In this document: positions 15,369 to 28,504 of the stretch, one piece after another
Position numbering within the stretch: the stretch's first letter is position 1
Layout of the letters: every line of letters starts with the position of its first letter
Assembly (NCBI RefSeq): GCF_001194135.2
Contig: NC_068981.1
Span: 9,144,821-9,197,625, forward strand
DNA length: 52,805 bases
Direction: 5' to 3'
Source of the DNA: Octopus bimaculoides
Taxonomy: Eukaryota
The notes under the pieces: generated by a model
What the model was told of the DNA's origin: nothing
Databases searched by the model: none
Seen by the model: the letters and a program-made list of their open reading frames with translations, nothing else
Made by a program: the position numbers and the translations under genes

Positions 15369-18300
15369 ACTACTACTACTACTACACACAGATATCCTTG
15401 ATCGCCTCCAAAGGAAGACCATTGACTGATTAACTAGGATGAAGTCGCTGAGTGGCCCATACTCCTCAGATCTGCTATCTCTGCTCGGACACTTCTGGTT
15501 ATATATTCTCGCCCACCTCTTCCCCTCGACACCCATATCATGTCTTCTCTCAGACCCTGCACCAACCACTGCGTTACGTCATCCAACTGCAATTTCTCCC
15601 TTGTCTCTCCCCTACCACTACCACCACTTGTCGACTTAATTTTTGAACTTATTTGATATTTACTTATTTATTGACCAAAACCTTGCAACCAAAGAACCAC
15701 CCATAAATGTACACCATTTTATGGTGAGAATCAATATTTCGGGGTCAATAAGTTCTCACAGCTTATCGAACAATTGTTGTCCTTTCCATGTTTTATCGAT
15801 ACAAAATTATTATTATTTTTCTTTTTTTTTTTTGAAGTGTAACCATGTATTATTGGGAATATAAAAATTCTCAAGAAATCGATACACAGCTGCAAGGAAT
15901 TAAAGGTGGGAAAACAATCAATGAAAGAATATTGCAACGGACGACCATTTTAACTACACTGTTTGAGATTTGAAATATAAGAGCAAACTTTATTTTGCAC
16001 AGATGTTACTCTATCTTTTGTAATATTTGTGCATCGTTAAGGCGGTGAGTTGGCAGAGATGTTAGCACGACGGGCGAAATGATTAGCGGTATTTCGTCTG
16101 CCGTTACGTTCTGAGTTCAAATTCCGCTGAAGTCAACTTTGCCTGTCATCCTTTCGGGGTTGATTAAATAAGTACCAGTTACGCACTGGGGTCGATGTAA
16201 TCGACTTAATCCCTTTGTCCTTGTTTGTCCCCTCTGTGTTTAGCCCCCTATAGGCAATAAGAAAATTAATATTTTTGCATCTTTAAGGCGACGAGCTGGC
16301 AGAAATGTTAGCACGCCGGGCGAAATGTTTAGCAGTATTTCGTCTGTCTTTACGTTCTGAGTTCAAATTCCGCTGAGGTCGACTTTGCCTGTCATCCTTT
16401 CAGGGTAGATAAGTTAAATACCAGTTACGCACTGGGGTCGATCTAATCGACTGGCCCCCTTCCCCAAAATTTCGGGCCTTGCGCCTAGATTGGGAAAAGA
16501 ATATTTTTGCATCTTTAAGGCGGCGAGCTAGCAGAAACGTTAGCACGCCGGGCGAAATACTAAGCGGTATTTCGTCTGTTTTTACGTTCTGAGTTCAAAT
16601 TCCGCCGGGGCCGACTTTGCCTGTCATCCTTTCGGGGTCGATAAATTAAGTACCAGTTGCGTACTAGGGTCGACCTAATCGACTGGCTTCTCCCCTAAAA
16701 TTTCGGGCCTTGTACCTAGAGTAGAAAATAATATTTTTGCATCTTTTTCAAATCTTTTGTATCGATCTCTGCAGGAAGACGAGTGCATTAAATTTGTAAC
16801 ACACCATAAGATTGAAGAAGTGAACATTTTTAGTAGTCATGTTGCGAACCCCGAGGACAACAATGGAGGTGTACCCACGATCTTTTTTGTATTACACCAG
16901 TGTAGTAAACAATTTTTTTTTTCATCAGTGGTAACTACCATGGCAGCCCTCAGGTTGTTGGCATCCCAGACAGAAAGTTGAGTTTCAATGCCCTTACGAA
17001 TAAAATTTTAAAACATCATATAAGGGAAAATTTGAAATGGAGGAATCAAGGGTGTATGGTTGCGGAGTTCTCTGTCAGTTTCGACGACGAGCATCCGGTT
17101 GCTCGAGCTTCTAAATTCTTAACTGAGAAATTAATACGTAAGTGGCTGAGTAAACCGAATCAATGTGACAATGGGACGCTGCCGGGTTTTTGAGTTACAA
17201 CTAAGAAAGAAGGCCCGACTTTAGTACTTGAAATTTATTTAGTAATCCTGAAAAGATGAAAGATGAAAATAACCTCTGTGGCCTTTTAACGAGGAGAAGA
17301 AGAAGAAGAAGAAGAAGAAGAAGAAGAAGAAGAAGAAGAAGAAGAAGAAGAGATGCTGCAAGGCATTTTATCCGATATTCTAACTATTCTATCACTTCAC
17401 TACAACATACGGGGATTGAGAGAGAACGATTGAAATACAACGTGGCTTTACAACTATTTATTAAAACAATTAGGGTGGAGAGAGAGGAAAGAAAAGAGAG
17501 AGAGAGAGAGAGAGAGAAAGAGGGAGAGAGAGAGAGAGATGACAGTTGTGAGGCGCATGATGTCCTCAGAGATCATAGCGATGTTTACGAAGACAGCCAC
17601 AAGCGAAAATCAAAACCGTTTCGCAGAGTCAGCGCTGACATCAAATTACGGTGATTTCTGTTAGAAAAGGAAGCAAATTAGAAGTTTGTTGAATGCACTT
17701 TATAAATGTCTCTTTACTTTGATGTCGGTTCTTTACAATACTTGAATATTTCCCCCGGCATATCTGATCTCTCAAAATAAAAGTATGGTTTAAATTTTTT
17801 ATCAATCATTTTAGCTTTACATTTCAATGAATTTAACATCTCCCGAATGATTTCTGCCTCATATAATTCTTCAAAATGCCATATATATTCAATTAGCAAC
17901 GTCTTGTTTATGATACATTACATATTTCTAAAATGAAATGGACAAAAAAATACTTCTTAAACAAGATATATGGGTATTTATCGACATTGATGTATTCATC
18001 TGCATTTATGACTACGTAAAAATGTATGAAGAAAACTACTTGTTTTGACTGAGATGAAATAACAGCCATTAGCTACGAATGCAAGTTGTGTGGCACCATT
18101 TCTTACCTTCAGTTCATCAGCCTCTATATAACCGCTATGGTCACAATCAAATGTCTTCCATGTCTAGGAAAAAAGATAAGAAAGTAAATATATTAGTGAC
18201 AAGACAGATTGTTTTTCTCATTTATAAATAATCAATTTACATAGAGCTAGTTCAATGTGATTGAACATCTGATAGCTATAGTAACGATGCTATCAATATT

Positions 18301-18638
18301 AAACAAGCTGGCAACCACTTCAAGATACCTGCTACTGCTGCTGCTGTCAGACTGTGACAGGGGACACACGCTGAGATGATTATTTGCAAAACACATAAAA
18401 TGTTCGCCTCATTAAAAATGGTTTCTTTACAGAAACTAATTCTTCTTTCTTTGTATCTGCTGCATACTGTGCTGCACCTGGTACCATCTTTGAACGACAT
18501 CAATTCCATCATCAACGATTTTACTAAGAGAACAGATTACTGGCTTCCGCACCCCCGCCTCGTTCAACACACCTCGCGATTTCTGGAGAAAAGAACGTTA
18601 TGAATAGCCTCTCATGACTCGAGTCCTCCAAGGCCTAA

Positions 18639-18681
<43 letters not shown>

Positions 18682-20335
18682 GTGTGAGAGAAGAAGAAAT
18701 CGGCCTCAGTAGTTAATTGGTATTGACCCCGAAAGGACAATAGCTTCGATGGGATTTGAACTTAGAGCACGGAAAACCGTAACAAATACCACAAGGTATT
18801 CTCGCCAATACTCCAAAGACTCAACTAATTCGCTACCTCTAAAACTAATTCATTGTCTAAGAGCATTAGTTCTTTTCATATCAGCAAATAACTGATATGA
18901 AAAGCAAGAAAAACGCTTATAAAGCCGCTGGAAGACATTAATCAGACATTGCAGAAGTGGGGTGGGGAAGACTGGGGAGGGATTGGGTGCTGAAGAATGT
19001 AAACACTTGAGATATACTTCCTGATTATTCATTAGAGTCGTTGTGATAAGCTAAAGTAATGAAGTACTAATGGCTAGAAACACTGATAAATAATTCAATA
19101 ATCAATGGAGAACAGTTTTATTTAATGCAAATGTCACACTGAGATTTGAATGAGAATGAAATTGGCAAACGAAATTAATTAGGAAAAAAATCAAATTTTT
19201 CTTCTGAGATCAATAATGACATAAACCAGTTAAATTAGGGAGATGAACTGAATAAAAGCTTTCATTGTTACTAGGTACTTAAAATAGAAATATTTACGAT
19301 AAAAAAGGAAATTAATCCGTTCCACAACAAACACACAAAGTATGGCGTGAAGAGACTTTTAAGACCTTGAATCACTCCAGCATATAATAGAGGACAAAGC
19401 TGAATCCGGGACGATTTGAACTTAGAATGTCAAATGTTGAAACTAAAATCTTAAATGCATTTTGCTCGTCATTCTAATTGTTTTGCCGACACACTTTCTT
19501 GTCTAACACGCCGGTTCAGATTTCTCTGGAGTGGTTCTAGTTGAATCTAAATGTGATTTTGGTGTCATCAGTCAGATTTCGATCAGAGCTGGGCAAAAGC
19601 AGTTCAGATGTGTATAGAAGTGGTTATGGTAGTGGAAGAAGATGTACACTCCAGTGCATCTGTAGGTTAATGGTTGTTGGCGAGTGAAGCGTGGCTGGTG
19701 AACTGATGGCATTTTTAGCTGATGCGCTTTAAATTGCTTAAATAAGGAGTAGCAACTCCGTTTCAAAACTATGAGCCTTACTCATATAATTAAATAAAAA
19801 ATATATATATTATTGAAGGTGTTTCCTTGTACTGTGTTCGGTGACTATGTTGTTATATTCTGGTTGGAGGTTGTTTCCAATGCTCGTTGCTCAATCGACC
19901 AGTAAAAGTCCGCCATAAGATGTCTCATGTTAAAGCAGACGATGTCTTTCTCTTAATTTAGGAATTTATTGTCGGATTTCTCCATCTATGAATGACTCCT
20001 ATTTTATTAGATTTAGTTACCCCGGGAGGGAGTGGGGCTCTTCTCCAGGAGGCCAATAAACTTTAGTTTTCAACTGTTACCAATCTTCCCGCTATAAATA
20101 TTGCTCATTCCCCTAGGATGGTGTAGCTGCCATCAACACAAATAACTGCGACCTCCAGAAGGGATCATTCGATTCATGGAGACAGTTTTAATAAACCAAC
20201 AAAGACGACCGGTGCATCCTGTCTCCCCACTCTCTCAAAATCTACCGGCCTCTTTCTCCGTCTCTCTTTCTTTTCCTCTTACCCTCTTTCCCTTCTCCCC
20301 TACTACTGTTGTATCTGCTTCTCCTCCTACTCCCT

Positions 20336-20391
<56 letters not shown>

Positions 20392-21138
20392 GTTTTTGTT
20401 CTTCTGAACTCGCCATCAATTATAACTTTTTTCTCGTTTAAAATTTCTCGCCAGGGCAACTTTCCCTGTGGTTCTGCCTACGTTACACCACGCCATTGAG
20501 AGTCTGTGTGAAACAAACTTCGTCTCAAAAATGTCTGGTCGTCAATAATTTCTCCATTGGTCAAGCAGCGGAGAGATATTTGCTCCTGATCTCTTCGTTC
20601 CGAGTTCAAATCCTGCCATGGCTCACTTAAATGGTTGACTTTATTTGTAGCCTAGTTTAACATTACTTTGTGATACTTTGGGTTCCTTTAGAGGAGCATA
20701 TTCCGTGGCAAGCATTCGGATCAAACCCAGAGGACCCGTGAAAGGTCAAGAATACTGCCTTCCCTTCTGATTAAAAAGTAAAAACAAAAAAAAACACGGC
20801 AAGTATCGAAAATATCTTCTGGAATATGTCACCGATTTCGCTTTTAAAATTGATGGCGATTATTGGGTGTCAATAAACAGCACAAACTGTGGTTTATTTG
20901 CTCAGCAAACATCGTCACATTCAAACAAAATCAAATAACTGGCTTTTATTATTTGCATCAACAGCTGATCTGTGTTAATCTCCTCGCTCTCTATCTCTCT
21001 CTATCTCATTACAGGCAGACGATAATACATCATCATAATTAATCCATTTGAATTAACATCATCATAATTAATCCAGATGAATTAACACAGGCAAAAATAC
21101 TTGTCATGCAATGCAGCAGCATAAAAAGACATTTTAAC

Positions 21139-21196
<58 letters not shown>

Positions 21197-21955
21197 NNNN
21201 NNNNNNTTCTTATTGTCTTATTTCTTATTTTCCCGATGGCCGGTCGCTTGACTGTTCAGGAGCGAGCTAGGGTAGTAGCAGGTGGTGTGCATGGAAAAGT
21301 AAACGTGCAACACTACGTCCGGAGACAATAAAAAGTTGTCATGCAAAGCTGATGACCACGGGCCTCTGTGAACGATGCAAGAAGAAATGGCCGCCCACTC
21401 ACATCCCGATCAACGGAGAACGTGGCAAACAGTGAAGGAAATGTTTAATCGCAGCCCGCAAAAATCAACAGGTCAAGCAACTCGTGAAAGTGGACCAACA
21501 AGACGTACAATACGTACGGTGACGGTGTTGCATAAAGAATTGAATTTTCGTTCGTGGAAACTCCATTACGTGCAGGAGCTAAAACCTGAAGACTGTGGCC
21601 GCACAAGTCCAGAACCCCAAAAAGTCCAGATTTCACTTCATGTGATTTTTACCTGTGGGGTTACACAAAAGAGGAGGTGTACAAAACCTCGCAGACTGGA
21701 GGACCTGAAAATATGGATTCACGAGGTTCTCAGTGATATCCCATACAATGTATTTCAGAAGGTTGTTCATTCCATTCTTGGTCGTTTGAGGAAATTGGTT
21801 GCCGCCACCGGTTCTTACGTTGAAATATGAAGATTTACTATCATTTTCTCATGTAATAAAGAACATGTATCACTTGTTTCAATAAATTTGTAAAAGGAAT
21901 CTGGATTTTATTACCAATTTTTAATGCTTGCTTACTTTTCACCCAAAGTGTGTGC

Positions 21956-22002
<47 letters not shown>

Positions 22003-22631
22003 CACACACATTTAGGTGAAAGCAGGAAACATAGGAAAGNNNNNNNNNNNNNNNNNNNNNNNNNNNNNNNNNNNNNNNNNNNNNNNNNNNNNNNNNNNNN
22101 NNNNNNNNNNNNNNNNNNNNNNNNNNNNNNNNNNNNNNNNNNNNNNNNNNNNNNNNNNNNNNNNNNNNNNNNNNNNNNNNNNNNNNNNNNNNNNNNNNNN
22201 NNNNNNNNNNNNNNNNNNNNNNNNNNNNNNNNNNNNNNNNNNNNNNNNNNNNNNNNNNNNNNNNNNNNNNNNNNNNNNNNNNNNNNNNNNNNNNNNNNNN
22301 NNNNNNNNNNNNNNNNNNNNNNNNNNNNNNNNNNNNNNNNNNNNNNNNNNNNNNNNNNNNNNNNNNNNNNNNNNNNNNNNNNNNNNNNNNNNNNNNNNNN
22401 NNNNNNNNNNNNNNNNNNNNNNNNNNNNNNNNNNNNNNNNNNNNNNTTTATTCCAAAAGGTTCATGCCATTCTGTTTCTCTGAGAATTTTTTTGTAAACT
22501 AGTCATAACTTTTTAGAAAATCCTTCATTAAGTATGCCTATCTGTCTATCACCCTCTCTCACCCTCCCTGTCTCTCTCCTCTCTCCCTGTCTCTCTCCTC
22601 TCTCCCTGTCTCTCTTCTCCCTCTCTGTCTT

Positions 22632-22689
<58 letters not shown>

Positions 22690-23274
22690 CCCATATATAT
22701 ATATATGTATGTATATATGGCGGAAGTCAACTTGTGATCGAGTAAGAGCACTTGGTTCCTGTTTTTTTAATTTGTTTTGAGTGGGTAAAGTGTTGCGTAG
22801 CGCTGAGTAATTAACTCTGAAACTCGAGGCACAACAGAGGTTGAGACGACTAGGAACCAAATGCACCTCAGGATCTTTTCATACGAGTTTACTTTCTCCT
22901 AGAAAGGAGTTCTAACGAGAACGAGGAGTCCTCCACTCCCGGTTGTTCATATGCTAGTTAACCCGTAGTTAGGACCCCTAACAAGTGCGACTACTCTGTG
23001 TCAGAGTAAATTTGAGAACAATTTGTCCTTAATAGGTGGTTCCACACACCTCAAAAGCATGTATACATATATACGTACACTGATTTATTTATAAACGCGT
23101 GCGTGCACATATATATGAACTTTACACATGTAATCTATAAATGGAACAGTAAAAGTAAGCAAGACTTTTTTAAAGTTTAATATATAACAATTATCGTTAG
23201 CTTTCGATTCCTCATTAGGAACCAGTTCCTTCCTTCTATGAAGAATAGTAATAAAGAAATAAATAAAGAAGTGA

Positions 23275-23355
<81 letters not shown>

Positions 23356-23558
23356 NNNNNNNNNNNNNNNNNNNNNNNNNNNNNNNNNNNNNNNNNNNNN
23401 NNNNNNNNNNNNNNNNNNNNNNNNNNNNNNNNNNNNNNNNNNNNNNNNNNNNNNNNNNNNNNNNNNNNNNNNNNNNNNNNNNNNNNNNNNNNNNNNNNNN
23501 NNNNNNNNNNNNNNNNNNNNNNNNNNNNNNNNNNNNNNNNNNNNNNNNNNNNNNNNNN

Positions 23559-23598
<40 letters not shown>

Positions 23599-25069
23599 CA
23601 GTACATCACGTATATACTTAATAGCGGAAGGAATGACTCTATGAGATTAGACAAAGTACTCTTGAACAGGTACTCTGAGTATACAGGTGTTTCATAAGAA
23701 TCAACAGTGGTTGGATTAACCTACTTAAATAGAGATTTGTAGGCAAAATGCTCATCGAGCCAACAGAAAGTTATGCATGGATAAATATCCGTTAAGTTAC
23801 AGATTACCAACAACATTGATAGAAATAGTAGCTACTTCTGGATCTAGGATAAATACATCACATATCGCCTAAATAGTTACACTTTTGCTATCCAAGAACA
23901 AACAGGTACTAACTAGCTGATTAACAAGAGAGACCAGGATGCCTCTTAACTTCTCTGCTGTAATAGAAAGTGCCGAATGCGCCATACCAGTGTAGATGTC
24001 ATTCTTATCATCAGTAGCTGACCAAAAATATCTGCAAGATACTACCTTTCCATTGAATATTACTTTGTCGCTAAAACCGTCCACAAAGCTAAATACAGGA
24101 AGAATTGTTGTGATGGCCATAGCAATAGCACGCCAGAACCAGAAAATATCCACACTTTAAAAAATAAATATTTGCGGGACGTTCCAATAAAATCAGCAAC
24201 CTAGTGAGATGTTGATTAAAACACGTCAGATATTGGGGGCATTTGTTGTGTGTCGTTTGAGTCGGGGATTTAACGCTGTGGAGTGTGAGGTGGAGATGTG
24301 ATTTTTGTCAGGAGTCAGCAGAAATTTATCTCTCATCGACTCAGCCCGACAGAAACAAGTTCATAAAAAGAATACCCTAGGATGTGAGTGAAGGGGGCTG
24401 GAACATAAACTGTGCTGGATTGGTCTCTTGGTTAAGGTGTACATAAAGTAAGCAATGTCTTATCGATTCTTTAGTATCATATAACAAGAATAGCAGATGG
24501 TCTCAGAATCGCTAGAGCGCCCTAATATTTTGACACATGCCTTTACACTATTAGTTTAAATCTCAGCAAAGTCAACTTCTAGGTCAATAAAACTAACCAT
24601 GGGATCACTAGAATTTCTTCAGTCAATGTATGGATGCTTGTTTTAGTGTTGTCAGCTAATTGTGACGCCACTGGACATAATAGTCACAAGTTTTCGATCC
24701 ACCATAGTCACAAGTTTTCTATCATAAAAAAAAAACTATCACCGTCCTTGAACAAGACTTCGTTTATATTGTGGGGTTAGTTGGGATTAGTGTCGGGGTT
24801 TGACTATCTTCACGAGTGATCAATCATCCTCAACTTATTTAGCAAAATCAATTCAATCGATTAGCTATAATTAAGTCTCTTTATTTCAGTCATGTAGCTT
24901 CCGTTGAAGAACAAATTGCAAAACCATAAATCCTTCAAGTGTCAACAAACAATAAAAAATAATGCGACCATTGAAAGCAGATGTCAACGTCACTTAATTA
25001 ATGACCTCGGACAGAATGTGATTAGCGCCGAGCAGAAGGAAACCCGCTACGGCTTATAAAAAAAAAACA

Positions 25070-25134
<65 letters not shown>

Positions 25135-25639
25135 TAATAATAATAGAAAGTTAAGATGGGTTATCGATGTGGGAAGAAAGGCCCATCATTGAATCACTTT
25201 CTGTTTATGGATGACCTGAAATTGTTTGGGAAATCTGAAAAACAGATAGATTCCTTAACCAAAACAGTCCAGAAGTGTGGTAGGGACATAGGTAAGGAAT
25301 TTGGGATTACCAAATGCTGAGTACTTAATATGAAAAGAGGGAAGGAAGCAGCCTGCAGAGGATTGCGGTTACCATCAGGAGAGACCATGGGTGAACCCGA
25401 CGGTAGTGGGTATAGATATTTAGGGATTTTGGAGCTGGATGACATTCTACACAGGGAAATGAAAGTCAAGGTCAGCGAGGCGTATCTTTATTTACATATT
25501 CCCTCCAGAGGAGTCATAGCATTCCTTATATTATCTATAAAAAAATGAAGTAGACTGACATCAAATTTTGAACCCGTTGAAGGTACACGAGATACCGAAA
25601 TATCATTCAGCAAATTTAATTATGGAACTCTTCTTCTTT

Positions 25640-25679
<40 letters not shown>

Positions 25680-27607
25680 CCACAACAATAATAATAATAA
25701 TAAAACGTTTCTAGCAATCGATGGGTGGTGAAGAAGATAACAACAGATCACAAGATAGAAATAACAAGACCGGATTAAAAGTTTTATTCTAACGGAATAC
25801 GATTATAGTTAAGTAGGTCAGTCGATTTAGTTGTGAGTGTTGTAATAGCGGTCGTTGCTCGTCCATTATACAATTGGTTCGTAACAACTGTTTCTTCTCA
25901 ACATGGAGGGGAATAACCAAGAAAACAGGAGTGAACAACCGATATTTGATTTGTAATGTAAGAAAAAACTACACGGCGGCAGCTGTCAACGAATTGACAG
26001 GAATAACACAAACGGAGTTGTTCAATCAAAAGCTTCTTGAAGGCTTAGCTCGTACACATAAACCCATATGTACATAAACACATATAATATATATATATAT
26101 CATATATGTGTGTATATACGCATGTATGTATGTATGTATGTATGTATGTATGTATGTATGTATGTATGTATGTGTGTGCTTTTCATGGTAGCCCTATTGG
26201 ATATGCTATCATAGACAGAGGTAATCATGCTTACCAGCTATGCCGACAACACAAAAGTCGCACAGTCAGTCAAGGAAACCTCTGATGCTACGCTCTTACA
26301 GAAAGATCTAGATGCCATCTAAACATGGGCTGAGGATAACAACATGCAATTTAATGCAAGTAAATTCCAGGCCTTCCGTTGCCAGTTAAGCATTGCTCAG
26401 CAATCACGACATCAGTACGTTGGACCAAGTGGAGCAACGATCCCAGAATCAAAATACGGGGCGTGATCTTGGAATAGAAATGAGCAACAATGCCTCATTT
26501 CACACACATATCAACAAAATGGTAGCAGTATCCAGAAGACTGGCCGGTTGGACTCTGAGAGCCTTCCGGACAAGGGACCAAGAAACTATGATGACACTGT
26601 GGAAGTCATTTATCCTCAACCGACTAGACTACTGCTTTCAGCTATGGTCACCTTATACTACAAGGACGATAGCAGAGCTTGAAGCAGCCCAACGACATTA
26701 CACAAAGAAAATTGCATCAATGGAACGACTGAGCTACTGGGACAGATTGAAAGAGCTACGACTCTATTTCCTGGAACGAAGGCGGGAGAGGTATGCAGTG
26801 ATATATATATAGATACTGGAAGGACTGGCACCAAACCTTGGAATAAAGCGCTATACCAGACCACGAACGGGACGTGCTGTCCCCATTGTGTCGACTGCTT
26901 CATCTCGGGCAAGGACGATGTAATGCAATAGCTTGGGTTTCAAGGGCCCACAGCTGTTTAACTGTCTGCTGAAACATCCGAGGACACTCCATGGAGTGGA
27001 TGTAGACGTTTTCAAACGTGAACTTGACCTCTGGCTCACCGAGAACCCGGATGAGCCAATATCTACGCAAGAAACTCAAAAGAGGATAGTAACATCGAAC
27101 TCCATCCTTCACCAAAAGCCGCTCTGACAAAGAGAAAAGTTAGGTATAAGAGGCATTAGAGGCAGTGTGCTAGAGAGGAGACTGCGCTGGTTTGGTCATG
27201 TGATGCGGTTGGATGAGGACAGTTGCATAAAGAAGTGTCGATCACTTAACATGGAGAGAAGTTGTGAAGGAGGAAGACCAGAAGGACATGGGACAAAATA
27301 CTGGAGGCCGATCTCAAAATGGTGAACCTTACGAAGGAAATGACAGAGGACTGAGATGCATGGCGAATTGCTGTACTCGAGAATTGAGTTCCTAAAACTA
27401 AGGTATCACGTAAAAAGCATTGGCGTGGATACGGATGCCACGTAAAAAGTACCCAGAGACTGTGGAATGGTTGGCTTCAAGAAGGGTATCCAGCAGTAAA
27501 AACCAGGCCAAAACAGACAAAGGAACCTGGTGCTGCCTCTTGCCTTAACAACTCCTGTCATACAGTCCAGTCCAACCCATGCCAGTATGGGAAAAGACGG
27601 TCAATGC

Positions 27608-27658
<51 letters not shown>

Positions 27659-28473
27659 CCCCTTTGGTCATGAATGACCATGAGATTGTACCTAGAAAGT
27701 TCCCCTCTGGAGCAAGATCGTTTTATGGAAGACCAGCAGTCGCCCATGCATACCAGCCTCCCCTCTCCCCACCACTGATTTTATCCAAGGGAAAGGCAAA
27801 GGGGCCGATACAGCTCAACACCAGTGATGTCATAACTCATATCTACAGACAAGTGAACTGGAACAACGTGAGGTAAAGTGTCTTGCTCAAGAACACAATA
27901 TAGCCCAGTCCAGGAATCGAACTCACTACTTCATGATTGGTGAGTCTGACGTTCTAAGCACTGAGTCATGTGCCTTCACTACATGTGTGTGTGTGTGTGG
28001 AGACAGAGAGACAGAGAGAGAGAGAGAAAGAGGAGAGAGACAGAGGGGAGAGAGAAAGAGGAGAGAGAGACAGTGGGGAGAGAGAAAGAGGAGAGGGAGA
28101 GGAGAGAGAGGACAACGAGTCGGCAGTCGTTGGAGCCTCGAATTGAATGGAATGCTTTGAAATCAACCTCGGTAAGGTTTGAACTCGAGGTGTAAAGAGA
28201 TGCGCCTTGATAGTGATACTCGTCCGCCTGTTCCAATCGCATTAGTTTTAGGTGGGGTGGGGTGTTGTACAAACAGAGTCGCTATTTACTTATGTTTTGA
28301 ACTAAAATCCTGCCGAGGGTTATTTGACCTTTAGTGGTCGATAAAACAATAAAATGGCAGTCAAAGTCCTATAATCAATAAAATAAAATCGATATCCACC
28401 ACCTCTCTTAAAATGCTTTGTTACTAATCGTTATTTCTTTGTTATCTTTAACTGTTATATTGTGTGTGTGTGC

Positions 28474-28504
<31 letters not shown>

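Noticed and set aside
16022-16746. CRISPR-like repeat-spacer periodicity
   Set aside because: The apparent spacers are homologous SINE copies, the context is eukaryotic and there are no cas genes; reported as a SINE/TSD array instead.
17545-17654. Protein-like + strand tail DSCEAHDVLRDHSDVYEDSHKRKSKPFRRVSADIKLR
   Set aside because: The ORF is held open by (GAA)n and (GA)n tracts, is antisense to the host gene, and has no splice or homology support.
22748-22864. 13-bp inverted repeat GCACTTGGTTCCT ... AGGAACCAAATGC about 100 bp apart
   Set aside because: Too short, with no TSD or internal symmetry to call a MITE.
23869-24153. 94-aa complex-looking ORF on the minus strand
   Set aside because: It is antisense to a decayed Dong-type zinc-knuckle region (FAIQEQ...KCRM...PKISARYYL) on the + strand.
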